Shown here: piece by piece, positions 46,063 through 55,296 of the stretch
Position numbering within the stretch: position 1 is the first letter of the stretch
Layout of the letters: every line of letters starts with the position of its first letter
Origin: a virus
Taxonomy: Duplodnaviria; Caudoviricetes
Length of the DNA: 64,000 nucleotides
Direction: 5' to 3' (one strand)
Virus record (IMG/VR): IMGVR_UViG_2731957960_000004
Coordinates: 822-64,821 of that record
The notes under the pieces: model-generated
Seen by the model: only the letters and a program-made list of their open reading frames with translations
The model's database searches: none
What the model was told of the DNA's origin: nothing
Made by a program: the position numbers and the translations under genes

Positions 46063-47472
46063 ATGTCCCTTACCGACTTTCTGCACGGCGTCGAGACTGT
46101 CGTCGTTGACCGTGGCCCTCGGCCCATCCAGACCGTCCGCTCGTCCGTCATCGGACTGATCGGCACGGCCCCCGGCGCGCTCGCAGCGTCGTTTCCGCTC
46201 GATACCCCTGTGCTCGTCAATCGGCGTCAGGCCGCAGCCGCAATCGGCTCGACCGGCACGCTGCCGCAGGCGATCGACGCCATCTTCGACCAGGGCGGTG
46301 CGCTCATTGTGCTCGTCCGCGTCGAGCATGTCGCGACCGAGAACGAGCAGATGACCAAGATCATCGGCGGCGTTGACGCGGTCACTGGCGACTTCACCGG
46401 CATCCATGTGTTCCGCGCGGCCGAAGCCGAGTGCGGCGTTTCGCCGATGATCCTGATCGCTCCCGGCTTCACGCATCAGCGTCCGATTGGCGTCAGCGGC
46501 CACACCATCACCGCGCAGGGCGACGGCTACACCACGGCGAGCGTCGCCTTCTCGGGCGGTGGTGTCGGCGCAGTGTTGCCGACCGCGACGCCGATCATCA
46601 CCAACGGCAAGATCACCGGCCTTGAGTTCCAGTCGCTCGGCTACGGGATCGTGTCGCCTGTGACCGCGACCATCACCGGCACCGGCACCGGCGCGACCGT
46701 GACCATCACGACCGGACCCGCCGCTAATCCGGTGGTCGGCGAAATGAAGCAGCTTGCCGATGGCATGAAGGCCCATATCATCGCCGATGGTCCCTCGACC
46801 ACGGACGCCGCCGCGTTCGCCTATCGCAATGACCACGGCACCCGCCGCGTGTTCGTTGTCGATCCGAAGGTGTCGGGTTGGTCGGTCAAGACCTCGACCT
46901 ACGCCATCGAGCCGTCCTCGCCCCGCGTGGCGGGCCTGATCTCGCGCGTCGATAACCAGCTTGGCTTCTGGGAGTCGCCGTCGAACAAGGAAGTCTACGG
47001 CATCGGCGGTCTCGCTCGACCCATCGACTACGCCTACGGCGACAAGAACAGTCGTGCGAACATCCTCAACGAAAACCAGATCGCGACGTTCATTCGCGAC
47101 GACGGCTGGTATCTGTGGGGCAACCGCACCTGCTCGGCAGACGAGAAGTTCGCGTTCCTGTGCGTGTCGCGCACGGCGGACATGATCGACATCTCCATCG
47201 CCAAGGCTCACCGCTGGGCCGTGGATCGCTCGATCACGAAGAACTACTTGGAAGACGTGACCGCCTCCGTGAAGGCGTACCTGCGCCAGTTGAAGACGCG
47301 CGGTGCGATCCTCGGTGGCGACTGCTGGGTTGATCCCGAGTTCAACACCGAAGCCGACATCACGCAGGGTCACGTCACCTTCTCGTATGACTTCACCCCG
47401 CCGTATCCGGCCGAGCGCGTGACCTTCCGGTCGCATCTCGTCTCCGACTACATCCGCAACCTCTTCGCATAA
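46063..47472 (+). CDS. Tail sheath protein (P2 FI-like)
   Basis: FLHGVE, SVIGLIGTAP, ILIAPGF, ESPSN, LWGNRT, PAERVTF. Confidence 0.95.
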   Translation: MSLTDFLHGVETVVVDRGPRPIQTVRSSVIGLIGTAPGALAASFPLDTPVLVNRRQAAAAIGSTGTLPQAIDAIFDQGGALIVLVRVEHVATENEQMTKIIGGVDAVTGDFTGIHVFRAAEAECGVSPMILIAPGFTHQRPIGVSGHTITAQGDGYTTASVAFSGGGVGAVLPTATPIITNGKITGLEFQSLGYGIVSPVTATITGTGTGATVTITTGPAANPVVGEMKQLADGMKAHIIADGPSTTDAAAFAYRNDHGTRRVFVVDPKVSGWSVKTSTYAIEPSSPRVAGLISRVDNQLGFWESPSNKEVYGIGGLARPIDYAYGDKNSRANILNENQIATFIRDDGWYLWGNRTCSADEKFAFLCVSRTADMIDISIAKAHRWAVDRSITKNYLEDVTASVKAYLRQLKTRGAILGGDCWVDPEFNTEADITQGHVTFSYDFTPPYPAERVTFRSHLVSDYIRNLFA

Positions 47473-47484
47473 CGGGGAAGACAG

Positions 47485-47988
47485 ATGATCCCGCGCGTAC
47501 TTCGCAACTTCAATACCTTCGTGAACGGGACCGGCTATGCCGGTCGCGTCACCGAAGTCGAACTGCCCGAACTCACGGTGAAGACCGAAGAGCATCGCGG
47601 CGGTGGCATGGACGGCGTCGCAGAACTCGACATGGGCTTGGAGGCGCTGACCGCCAAGTTCACCTTCGCCGAGTATGCGAACCAGATCATCGGCCTTTGG
47701 GGCAACATGGACGGCAACGCCGCCCGCATCCAGCTTCGCGGCGCTCTTCAGCGTGACGGCGAAACTGCGGTCCCGATGGTCGTTGACCTGCACGGCGGCT
47801 TCAAGACGAACACGCTCGGCACTTGGAAGGCTGGCGATCTGTCTCAGAACGAAGCAGAGATGTCGATCCGCTACCTGAAGATTCAGATCGCCGATACCAA
47901 GGTGATCGAGATCGACATCGACAACATGATCCGCATCGTCAACGGCGTCGATCAGTTGGCGTCCATCCGCGCAGCGATGGGCATGTAA
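47485..47988 (+). CDS. Tail tube protein (P2 FII-like)
   Basis: PRVLRNFN, EEHRGGGMDG, EIDIDNM..VNGVD. Confidence 0.93.
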   Translation: MIPRVLRNFNTFVNGTGYAGRVTEVELPELTVKTEEHRGGGMDGVAELDMGLEALTAKFTFAEYANQIIGLWGNMDGNAARIQLRGALQRDGETAVPMVVDLHGGFKTNTLGTWKAGDLSQNEAEMSIRYLKIQIADTKVIEIDIDNMIRIVNGVDQLASIRAAMGM

Positions 47989-48048
47989 TCCAAACCGACC
48001 GGCTTGCTTCGGCAGGCCGGTCACAATCCGAAGATGGGAGAACTACCT

Positions 48049-48339
48049 GTGACGACCGAAGTAAAGAAGAAGCCTGACATGCGGCTGTCGGCGAGCATCA
48101 CGCTTGACTTCCCGCCGACTGTCGATGGCACCCAATACAAGACGTTGATCATGCGTCGGCCGAAGACCAAGGACTCGATCAAGGCCGCGAAGTTCAAGGG
48201 CCATGACGCCGACAAGGGCATTTTGCTCCTGGCTGATCTCTGCAACGTCTCGCCCGATGTGATCGAAGAGCTTGACGAGATCGACGCGATGAAGCTCAGC
48301 GATCAGCTTGAGGCTTTTCGTGGGGGTCAGTCGAGCTAA
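48049..48339 (+). CDS. Tail assembly chaperone (gpE-like)
   Basis: MRRPKTKD, LLADLC, IEELD..D. Confidence 0.85.
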   Translation: MTTEVKKKPDMRLSASITLDFPPTVDGTQYKTLIMRRPKTKDSIKAAKFKGHDADKGILLLADLCNVSPDVIEELDEIDAMKLSDQLEAFRGGQSS

Positions 48340-48503
48340 GCGATCTTCGCAAGGCTGTACTGACCCTGATCAGACTGTCGAAGGGCGGCTTCACGCTCTT
48401 CGAGGTCGAGGAAATGTACCTCGACGATTTCTACGGTTGGCTCGAAGACGCCACTTCCCTTCAGGCCGACATCAACAAGGCGATGAAGGGCAAAGGCAAG
48501 TAG
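48312..48503 (+). CDS. -1 frameshift extension of the tail chaperone (gpE'-like)
   Basis: -1 frame reads ...LSDLRKAVLTLIRLSKGGFTLFEVEEMYLDDFYGWLEDA..., stops just before tape measure; GCTTTTC and TGGGGGT slippery candidates. Confidence 0.7.
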   Translation, partial: GFSWGSVELSDLRKAVLTLIRLSKGGFTLFEVEEMYLDDFYGWLEDATSLQADINKAMKGKGK

Positions 48504-48504
48504 T

Positions 48505-51042
48505 ATGGCGACCGGCTTCTCCGTATTTGTGAACATCGGAGGCAAGGTTAGCCCGAGCCTCAACGCCGCCGTCAGCGCAGCGAAGTCTCAGGTCAATGGC
48601 CTCGGGGCTTCGCTCGCCGGCATGGCCGCAAGAATCAACGCACCGTTCGCGGCCGTCAACAATCATCTGACCGATACCTCGAAGCGTATGGCGGCGATGC
48701 AGCGCGCGGGCCGCAACGCGACGTTTGGCGTTACGGCACCGGCCGCTTGGTTCGGCGCTAACTTGATAAAGGATGCTTCCGAGTTCGCCAAGGCCGGCAA
48801 CATGGTCGAGGCGCTGGGCGAAGCGACCAAGCAACAGCGCGAAGAACTCTCGAAGTTGTCGCAGGACTTGGCCGGGCGATTCGATGCCGGCGGTGCGACG
48901 GGCATCATGAAGTCCGCGACCGAGCTTCTGAAGGCGGGCTTCACGTTCGAGCAGACCCGTGGGGCGCTGGAACAGGTTCTCGCTGCATCGGCGCTCGCTG
49001 GCGATATGACGCCGGCCGACGTTGGCGCGTCGCTCAGCAAGACGCTGACGCAGTTCGCGATGCCTATGAAGACGTATGAGCAGGCGATGAAGTCTTCGAC
49101 CATCGTCACCGACCGCATGGTCTACGCCGCCGTGTCCACGGTCGCGTCCATGAAGGATATTGCGGAGACGTTCAAGTATGCCGGCGGCGTCGCTTCGACG
49201 ACCGGCAACTCGCTCGACTCGGTCACGGCGATGACTATGGCGTTCGCCAAGGCTGGCGTGCTCGGCTCGGAAGCCGGCGTTGCGCTGCGCTCGGCTATCG
49301 TCCGTCTCGTCAAGATGCCGAAGGGCGGCATGAAGGCGTTGAGCCGCATTGGGATGAACCTTGCCGACTACACGCAAGCGCGCCCGGTCACGGCCGATAG
49401 CGTTCTCACGGGCCTGAAGACGGACGGCATTGATGCGTCATCTGCCAAGGGCCAGATCGCGGACATCCTCAAGAACCGGGGCACCAAGGATCAGGCCACC
49501 ATCTCGGCTGAGATCACCAAGGCGGTGCAGGGGACCATTGGCAGTTCGTCGGCGGTTGACGCCAACCAGATCGCGGAGTCGGTGAACGACGCTGTTGCGG
49601 CCGCTGGCTCGAAGGTCGATATCACGAAGTTCATGACCGACCTCAAGGCAAAGATGGACGCGGGTATCGCGACGACCGGCGACATCGCACAGATTCTCGA
49701 AGCGCGCCACATCTCGCGATACATGGCTCTGCTGAAGACCGACCTGCCGGCTCTGATCAAGGAAGTCACGGAGAAGTCGGACGGCTATTCTAAGAAGCAG
49801 TACGAGATCGCCAACCAGGGCTTGCCCGCCGTTCTGCTCAAGCTCAGTGCGGCTTGGGCAAAGCTGCGCAACACGGTAGTCGAGTCGGTCGGCGCGGACA
49901 TCGCCAACGCCTTCACTCGCCTCGCCGACGCGATGCAAAACCTCGCGAAGACGAATCCCGCACTGTTGAAGCTGGCTGTCGGCTTTGCCGTTGCCGCAGC
50001 CGCAGCGGGTCCGCTGATGTTCGTTCTCGGCGCGCTCGGGCGCGTCGGGCTGCTCGCCATGCGCGGCCTCAACCTCGCAGTGATGGCATTGCTTGTGCCG
50101 TTTCGGCTTTTGGCCGTAGCCATCGTGGCGGCGACGGGGCGCTTCGCCGCGATGATGCTCGGCTTCCGCATGCTGACCGCGCTCGGTGCCGGCGCTACCC
50201 TTGCGGCGCTCGGTGGCAGCTTGCTCGCGCTCGGTCGAGCGATCCTGCTCTTCCCGATCACGGCTCTGCGCGCCATCACCGTTGCGATGTGGGCGCTCGT
50301 TGCCAACCCGGTCGGCCTGATTATCACCGCGCTCGTTGCCGCGCTCACTGCGCTTGGCGTGTGGGTCTACAACAATTGGGCGGGCATCAAGGAGTTCTTC
50401 AGCGCGTTCGGCAAGAGCTTTGTCGAGGGCGTCGGCGGGGCGAACGGGCCGCTGGGCACGATGGTCGGTCATCTTCAGAGCGCGTATAACTGGCTGTCGC
50501 AGTTGCTTGGCCCGCTCGATGCGACCGGCGCGAAGTGGCGTGAGTGGGGCGCGGCTGTCGGCGGCGCGGCGGCGACCGGCGTCAACACCGTGATCTCCGC
50601 GATCCAGCGATTGATCGGCTTCATCGGCACCGCCATCGGCGCGGCCGGAAGGCTCGGCAGTGCGATCAGCAATCTATGGTCATCGAAGGCGACCCCCAAC
50701 GCACCGAATGCCTCGCCTATCGCTGGCGCTCGCGCGCTCGGTGGCCCCGTGACCTATGGCAAGCCGTACCTTGTCGGCGAGCGCGGCCCCGAGCTTTTCG
50801 TGCCCGGTCAGACCGGACGCATCGAGACGAACGACACGCTGCGCAGGTTGACCTCTGACGGGGCTGCGGCGGTCGCTGGCGCGTCTTCGTCGAGCAGCAC
50901 GTCCAATACCAACAGCGCGACGATCAGCATTCAGGTCGCCGGAAACGGCAATGCAAACGACATCGCGCGTGAAGCTGAAGCCGCAGTCTACCGCGCGTTC
51001 GCTCGGCTCGAGTCCGAGCAGCGCGGCCTCTTGAGTGATTGA
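48505..51042 (+). CDS. Tail tape measure protein
   Basis: Ala-rich; FKYAG, GSEAGVALR, ANPVGL, YLVGERGPELFVP. Confidence 0.93.
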   Translation: MATGFSVFVNIGGKVSPSLNAAVSAAKSQVNGLGASLAGMAARINAPFAAVNNHLTDTSKRMAAMQRAGRNATFGVTAPAAWFGANLIKDASEFAKAGNMVEALGEATKQQREELSKLSQDLAGRFDAGGATGIMKSATELLKAGFTFEQTRGALEQVLAASALAGDMTPADVGASLSKTLTQFAMPMKTYEQAMKSSTIVTDRMVYAAVSTVASMKDIAETFKYAGGVASTTGNSLDSVTAMTMAFAKAGVLGSEAGVALRSAIVRLVKMPKGGMKALSRIGMNLADYTQARPVTADSVLTGLKTDGIDASSAKGQIADILKNRGTKDQATISAEITKAVQGTIGSSSAVDANQIAESVNDAVAAAGSKVDITKFMTDLKAKMDAGIATTGDIAQILEARHISRYMALLKTDLPALIKEVTEKSDGYSKKQYEIANQGLPAVLLKLSAAWAKLRNTVVESVGADIANAFTRLADAMQNLAKTNPALLKLAVGFAVAAAAAGPLMFVLGALGRVGLLAMRGLNLAVMALLVPFRLLAVAIVAATGRFAAMMLGFRMLTALGAGATLAALGGSLLALGRAILLFPITALRAITVAMWALVANPVGLIITALVAALTALGVWVYNNWAGIKEFFSAFGKSFVEGVGGANGPLGTMVGHLQSAYNWLSQLLGPLDATGAKWREWGAAVGGAAATGVNTVISAIQRLIGFIGTAIGAAGRLGSAISNLWSSKATPNAPNASPIAGARALGGPVTYGKPYLVGERGPELFVPGQTGRIETNDTLRRLTSDGAAAVAGASSSSSTSNTNSATISIQVAGNGNANDIAREAEAAVYRAFARLESEQRGLLSD

Positions 51043-51044
51043 TC

Positions 51045-51431
51045 ATGCAAAGCACCGTCCTTCTCGCGCTTGGCGCATATCGGTTCGCAGTCTCCAACGG
51101 CGCGTATCAGAAGTTCGACCGCACGTCGTCGTGGCGGTGGCCGTCTACTGAGCGCATCGGCATGGCCCCGGCACCGCAGTATGTCGGTCCCGGCGATGAC
51201 ACGATCACGATCGATGGCGTGATCTTCCCGCACTTCAGGGGCGGGTTGCGCCAGATCGACCAAATGCGCGCGCAGGCCGGTCTCGGCATGCCGCTGCCGC
51301 TTGTCTCGGGCTACGGCCGGTATCTCGGCGTCTACGTCATCGAGAAGATCAGGGAGACTCAAGATGTCCTGATGTCGGACGGCGCTCCCCGCAAGATCGA
51401 GTTCCAGATCGAATTGAAGGCTTACGCGTGA
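51045..51431 (+). CDS. Tail protein (P2 gpU-like)
   Basis: LALGAYRF, QYVGPGDDTITIDG, PRKIEF. Confidence 0.9.
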   Translation: MQSTVLLALGAYRFAVSNGAYQKFDRTSSWRWPSTERIGMAPAPQYVGPGDDTITIDGVIFPHFRGGLRQIDQMRAQAGLGMPLPLVSGYGRYLGVYVIEKIRETQDVLMSDGAPRKIEFQIELKAYA

Positions 51432-51637
51432 TGGAACAGTACACGACGATGGAGGGCGACACTGCCGACCTGATCGCCTACCGGCGGTACGGCGTGACGC
51501 ATGGCGCGACCGAAGCGATCCTGCGCGCCAATCCCGGTCTCGCTGCGGCGGGCACCAAGCTCCCCGAAGGCATGACGATCAACCTGCCGGCGTGGTCGGT
51601 GAAGAAGGAACTGAAGACCGTGAGGATTTGGTCATGA
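51431..51637 (+). CDS. Tail protein X
   Basis: GDTADLIAYRRYG...ANPGLA...LPEG. Confidence 0.9.
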   Translation: MEQYTTMEGDTADLIAYRRYGVTHGATEAILRANPGLAAAGTKLPEGMTINLPAWSVKKELKTVRIWS

Positions 51638-52701
51638 GGCCCGCTGCACGCATCATGCTCGACGGGATCGACATCACCGCGAACCTGCTCCCGGCGCCCT
51701 TCGGCATGCCGCTGGAAAGCGGTGGTCACGTCATTCCCGGCGGCGTTCTCGGCTTCGGCAAGGGCGCGCTGCTGTCGATCACCGTCACGGACAACGAAGG
51801 CAAGAAGTCGGACTCATGCGACCTTGAATTGGATGCCCGCGAGTACATCCCGTCGCCGGGCAAGGGATCGAAGCTGCGGGTCTGGCTCGGCTTTGCCGAG
51901 ACCGGCGTCAACTACATGGGCACCTTTCTGATCGACTCGTGGACGAAGAAGGGCCGTCCCAAGATCATGACTGTGTCGGCGAAGGCGGCTGGCCTGACGA
52001 CGGATATCAAGGCTCCGAAGTCGCGCTCGTATCATGAGAAGAGCGTCAGCGACATCGTCAATCAGATCGCCGGCAAGCACGGCCTGTCCGCTGTCGTGGC
52101 CGGCGAAATCGGGAGCATCAAGCCGGGGCATCTCGATCAGTCCAACGAGTCCGACCTCAACTTCCTGACCCGATTGGCTGGCCGCGTCGGTGCGAACTTC
52201 AAGCTGGCTGACGAGAAGATCATCTTTAACAAGGCGGGTTCCGGTCAGCTTCCCGGTGGCGGTGCCGCGCCTACGTTCGTCCTGGCTGAGACCGGCTGCA
52301 CCGATTGGGATTGCACCGGCTCGACGCGCGGCGACTATCGGTCGGTCGAGGCGGCGTGGCACAACGTCAAGAAGGGCGAGCGCGAGTGGGTGAAGGAGGG
52401 CGGCGGCTCGCCGACGTTTCGCAGCCGGAAGCTCTTCAAGACGGAGGAAGAGGCGAAAGCGCAGGCCAAGGCCACGAAGGGCGCGCTCGCTCGCGGCAGC
52501 AAGGTCTTCGGTGCCAACTTTCTCGGCCGCACGGAGATGTTCGCGGGCGCCGGGTTGACCGCGATTGGGTTCGATCCTGACGTGGACGACTCCTACACGA
52601 TCAAGTCTGCGATCCATCGCCTGAATGATCAGGGCCTCTCGACGCGCATCTCATGCGAGCAGGGCGGCGAAGGCGATGACAATTCATGGGGCGGTGGCTA
52701 A
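51634..52701 (+). CDS. Baseplate hub (P2 gpD-like)
   Basis: TDNEG..SD, QSNESDLNFLTRLA. Confidence 0.9.
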   Translation: MRPAARIMLDGIDITANLLPAPFGMPLESGGHVIPGGVLGFGKGALLSITVTDNEGKKSDSCDLELDAREYIPSPGKGSKLRVWLGFAETGVNYMGTFLIDSWTKKGRPKIMTVSAKAAGLTTDIKAPKSRSYHEKSVSDIVNQIAGKHGLSAVVAGEIGSIKPGHLDQSNESDLNFLTRLAGRVGANFKLADEKIIFNKAGSGQLPGGGAAPTFVLAETGCTDWDCTGSTRGDYRSVEAAWHNVKKGEREWVKEGGGSPTFRSRKLFKTEEEAKAQAKATKGALARGSKVFGANFLGRTEMFAGAGLTAIGFDPDVDDSYTIKSAIHRLNDQGLSTRISCEQGGEGDDNSWGGG

Positions 52702-52746
52702 GGCTACTCAAACGGTCCCGCCAACTGCGGAACGATTGGCAATGAT
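52702..52746 (+). promoter_or_regulatory. Putative late promoter, copy 4
   Basis: GGCTACTCAAACGGTC identical to 45983, N23, AATGAT. Confidence 0.6.
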
Positions 52747-52772
52747 ACTCCCGAACATTTTCGGAGAGTGTC

Positions 52773-53687
52773 ATGCAGTCGATCACCATCAACAAGGGTT
52801 TGGGTTTCCAGAACGGGCGTCAGCTTCCGTTCGTGAAGAGCCCGAACATCGGTGGCAAGCTCAACCCCGTTTACATCGTGATCCACGATACCGCGTCGGG
52901 CCTCAAGGAGGACGGCGACGTGTCGTGGCTGACTAACCGCGCCAGCAAGGTCTCGGCGCATGTCGTGGTCAGCCGCGAAGGCAAGATCACGCAGCTTGTG
53001 CCGTTCAACGTCGTCGCGTGGCACGCCGGTCAGTCTTCGTGGAAGGGCAAGAAGTTTCTCAACGCCTTCGCTGTCGGCATCGAGATCGACAACCCCGGCA
53101 AGATGGAGAAGGTCGCGGAGGGCGTCTATCGCAACTCCATCGTCACCATCGACACCAACAAGAACCCGAAGCTGAAGGTCGAGTACGCCAAGACCAAGGC
53201 GCACGGTGCCGGCTACTGGCTGGCCTACAGTGACGAGCAGATCGCCGCCGTCGAGGAACTCTGTCGGGCGCTCGTTGACGCGTTCAACATCGAAGACATC
53301 GTGACTCACTGGATGATCTCGCCGGGTCGGAAGATTGACACCAACCCGCTGTATCCGCTCGAAGCCCTGCGCAAGGCGGTGCTCAATTACAAGCCGGTGG
53401 GGCTCATGTCGCAGTCGGACGAAGGCGAGCGCACCGACACCGACGAAAGCGGCGTGCCGGACGAAGTCGAGATCGAGCCGCACAACGCGATCCAGGACGA
53501 AAGTGCCGGCGGCGTTAGCAAGCTCAAGCAGTTCATCAAGAGCAAGTTCACGACGGTATCGGGTCTCTTCGGTGGCCTGTCCCTGTCGTCGTTCACGGGT
53601 TTGCTCACTGACTGGAAGGTCATCACCGCGCTCGGCGTCTTCATCCTGATCGGCCTCGCTCTCTGGATTTGGAGTGAGAAGAAGTGA
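52773..53687 (+). CDS. Endolysin, N-acetylmuramoyl-L-alanine amidase with C-terminal hydrophobic segments
   Basis: IVIHDTA, SAH, AWHAG, GIEIDN, THWMISPGRKID. Confidence 0.9.
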   Translation: MQSITINKGLGFQNGRQLPFVKSPNIGGKLNPVYIVIHDTASGLKEDGDVSWLTNRASKVSAHVVVSREGKITQLVPFNVVAWHAGQSSWKGKKFLNAFAVGIEIDNPGKMEKVAEGVYRNSIVTIDTNKNPKLKVEYAKTKAHGAGYWLAYSDEQIAAVEELCRALVDAFNIEDIVTHWMISPGRKIDTNPLYPLEALRKAVLNYKPVGLMSQSDEGERTDTDESGVPDEVEIEPHNAIQDESAGGVSKLKQFIKSKFTTVSGLFGGLSLSSFTGLLTDWKVITALGVFILIGLALWIWSEKK

Positions 53688-54199
53688 TCGAGACCGTCAG
53701 GGGCTTCTTCACGGGGCTCGTCAAGGGCACGTTCATCTCCGACTTCCTGTGGGACATCGCGATCTCGGACGTGGTCTTGACCTCCATCGGCATGTTCGCG
53801 CTCTGCGCGGCCGTCGTTGGCTACATCCCCTTCGGTAGCTTGATCCCGGTCGTCGGCGGTTATGTGCGGGCGGCGAGGGCGCTCTTCATTCTGTCGCTGA
53901 CCATCCTCGTCTTCTTGCTCGGCTTCCGCACGGCGGATCGGCGCGCTGAAGCCGCTGAGCTTCGAGCGAAGATGGAGATCAAGGACAACGTCATCGCCAC
54001 GCAGAAGATCGACTTGGCCTTCTCCGCACAAGCAGCGGAGGAAGCCGCAGACGAGCGAAAGGCCGCAGCCGAGCGAGCCAAAGCCGACCAGGACAGGATT
54101 GCCAACTATGCGAAACAACTCGAAGCGCGCGGCGGTAATGCTGCTTGCCTGCTCACTGATGACGACTTTCCTCGCCGGCTGCGTGACGACCGGAAGTAA
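53684..54199 (+). CDS. Membrane protein, i-spanin-like
   Basis: N-terminal TM segments, coiled coil, C-terminal CLLTDDD. Confidence 0.6.
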   Translation: MIETVRGFFTGLVKGTFISDFLWDIAISDVVLTSIGMFALCAAVVGYIPFGSLIPVVGGYVRAARALFILSLTILVFLLGFRTADRRAEAAELRAKMEIKDNVIATQKIDLAFSAQAAEEAADERKAAAERAKADQDRIANYAKQLEARGGNAACLLTDDDFPRRLRDDRK

Positions 54200-54395
54200 T
54201 CCGCCTCCGATCAACCGCACCATTCCCCATGAGTCGACTCTTGTGCCTGACGAAGTTCCCGCTCCCAATGTGCGCCCCGGTGTGGACGCGCGAGTGGCTT
54301 GGAAGCTCGAAGAGGCTGCACGGATCGAAGCAAACCATCGGCTTCGCGTGGGCCGCAGCAACGTGCGTAAGGCACGCATCAAGGCATCCCAATGA
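54099..54395 (+). CDS. o-spanin-like lipoprotein overlapping the i-spanin
   Basis: Lipobox LAGC followed by Pro-rich segment. Confidence 0.65.
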   Translation: MPTMRNNSKRAAVMLLACSLMTTFLAGCVTTGSNPPPINRTIPHESTLVPDEVPAPNVRPGVDARVAWKLEEAARIEANHRLRVGRSNVRKARIKASQ

Positions 54396-54733
54396 TCTCG
54401 ATTGAAGAAGGCGTTGTCGCCGGCCTCGCAACACTGGCCGGTGGCGGCATCGGCATACTGATCCGCAACGCCGTTCTGCACACGCGCAACCAAGCGTCGG
54501 CCAAGGCTGCGCAGGCCATTGCCCATGAGGCGAAGCAAGCCGCTGCCGATGCCTTCCGTCTGGCTGCTGCCGCAGAGCGTGAGCTTGCGCAGTTCCGAGA
54601 AAAGGTCGCGCAGGAATACGCGACGATCCATCTGATCGACCGGCTCGAAGAGCGGCTGGTTCGGTCCCTCGATCGCGTCGCCGAACGCTTCGACAAATTT
54701 CTGACGAGTACCGCAAACAACGGAAAATCATGA
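54392..54733 (+). CDS. Holin-like membrane protein
   Basis: N-terminal TM, ELAQFREKVAQEY coiled coil. Confidence 0.5.
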   Translation: MISIEEGVVAGLATLAGGGIGILIRNAVLHTRNQASAKAAQAIAHEAKQAAADAFRLAAAAERELAQFREKVAQEYATIHLIDRLEERLVRSLDRVAERFDKFLTSTANNGKS

Positions 54734-54757
54734 CCGCAGCGACGAACAGGAAGCATC

Positions 54758-54844
54758 ATGAGCGAACGAGTTTACATCGGCGTCATCGCCGTTGCCTTTG
54801 GCATTGTGTTCGCGCTGATCGCCTACGGCATCAGCCAAGTGTAA
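54758..54844 (+). CDS. 28-aa membrane peptide
   Basis: MSERVYIGVIAVAFGIVFALIAYGISQV with AGGA SD; below ORF-track cutoff. Confidence 0.45.
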   Translation: MSERVYIGVIAVAFGIVFALIAYGISQV

Positions 54845-54939
54845 CGACGGCAAGGGCTACTGGATCGGGCCTGTCAGGGCCAGCCGGTTCGTTATTCTTT
54901 GGTCATTCGCTTCGAACGGTTTTGCACCAACGGAGGCCA

Positions 54940-55160
54940 CGACCATGAAGCTGTAACCGCCTGACTGATTGGAAACCTTGGAACCGAACGCCTGAGAATT
55001 GATGGAGTAAATAGAGGCGGCTTTCGTACCCGCCGGGCTCAGTAAAAAGAGCGGGTTCAACGCGGACCCGGAGCACACGCAGCCTAAAGACGACATCAAG
55101 ATCGACCGTGGGCGACACGGTCAAGAGGCCCGCCGGGGAAGCCCGAGCGGGCTTCTTTGT
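54940..55160 (+). ncRNA. Candidate structured non-coding RNA ending in a terminator
   Basis: Stems GGCGG/CCGCC, CTGAG/CTCAG, GGGTTC/GGACCC, GACCGTG/CACGGTC, then GCCCGC/GCGGGC plus T run. Confidence 0.4.
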
Positions 55161-55296
55161 TATCCTATCACGCGGCTAAAGGCCGGATGCTGCTTGGCGG
55201 TTCTACCACTCTCTTGGGCATGTCCCATTGTGCTTGAAATAAGCGCCCAAAGGAGGACGATCACCATACCGACAAGTGTGATGCGCGTCGGGCGGT

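Noticed and set aside
46021-48024. Long antisense ORFs (also 31739-33355, 34677-35975, 13337-14893, 3371-4432)
   Set aside because: Shadows of GC-rich genes on the opposite strand; no motifs or SD support, unlike the nested methyltransferase frame
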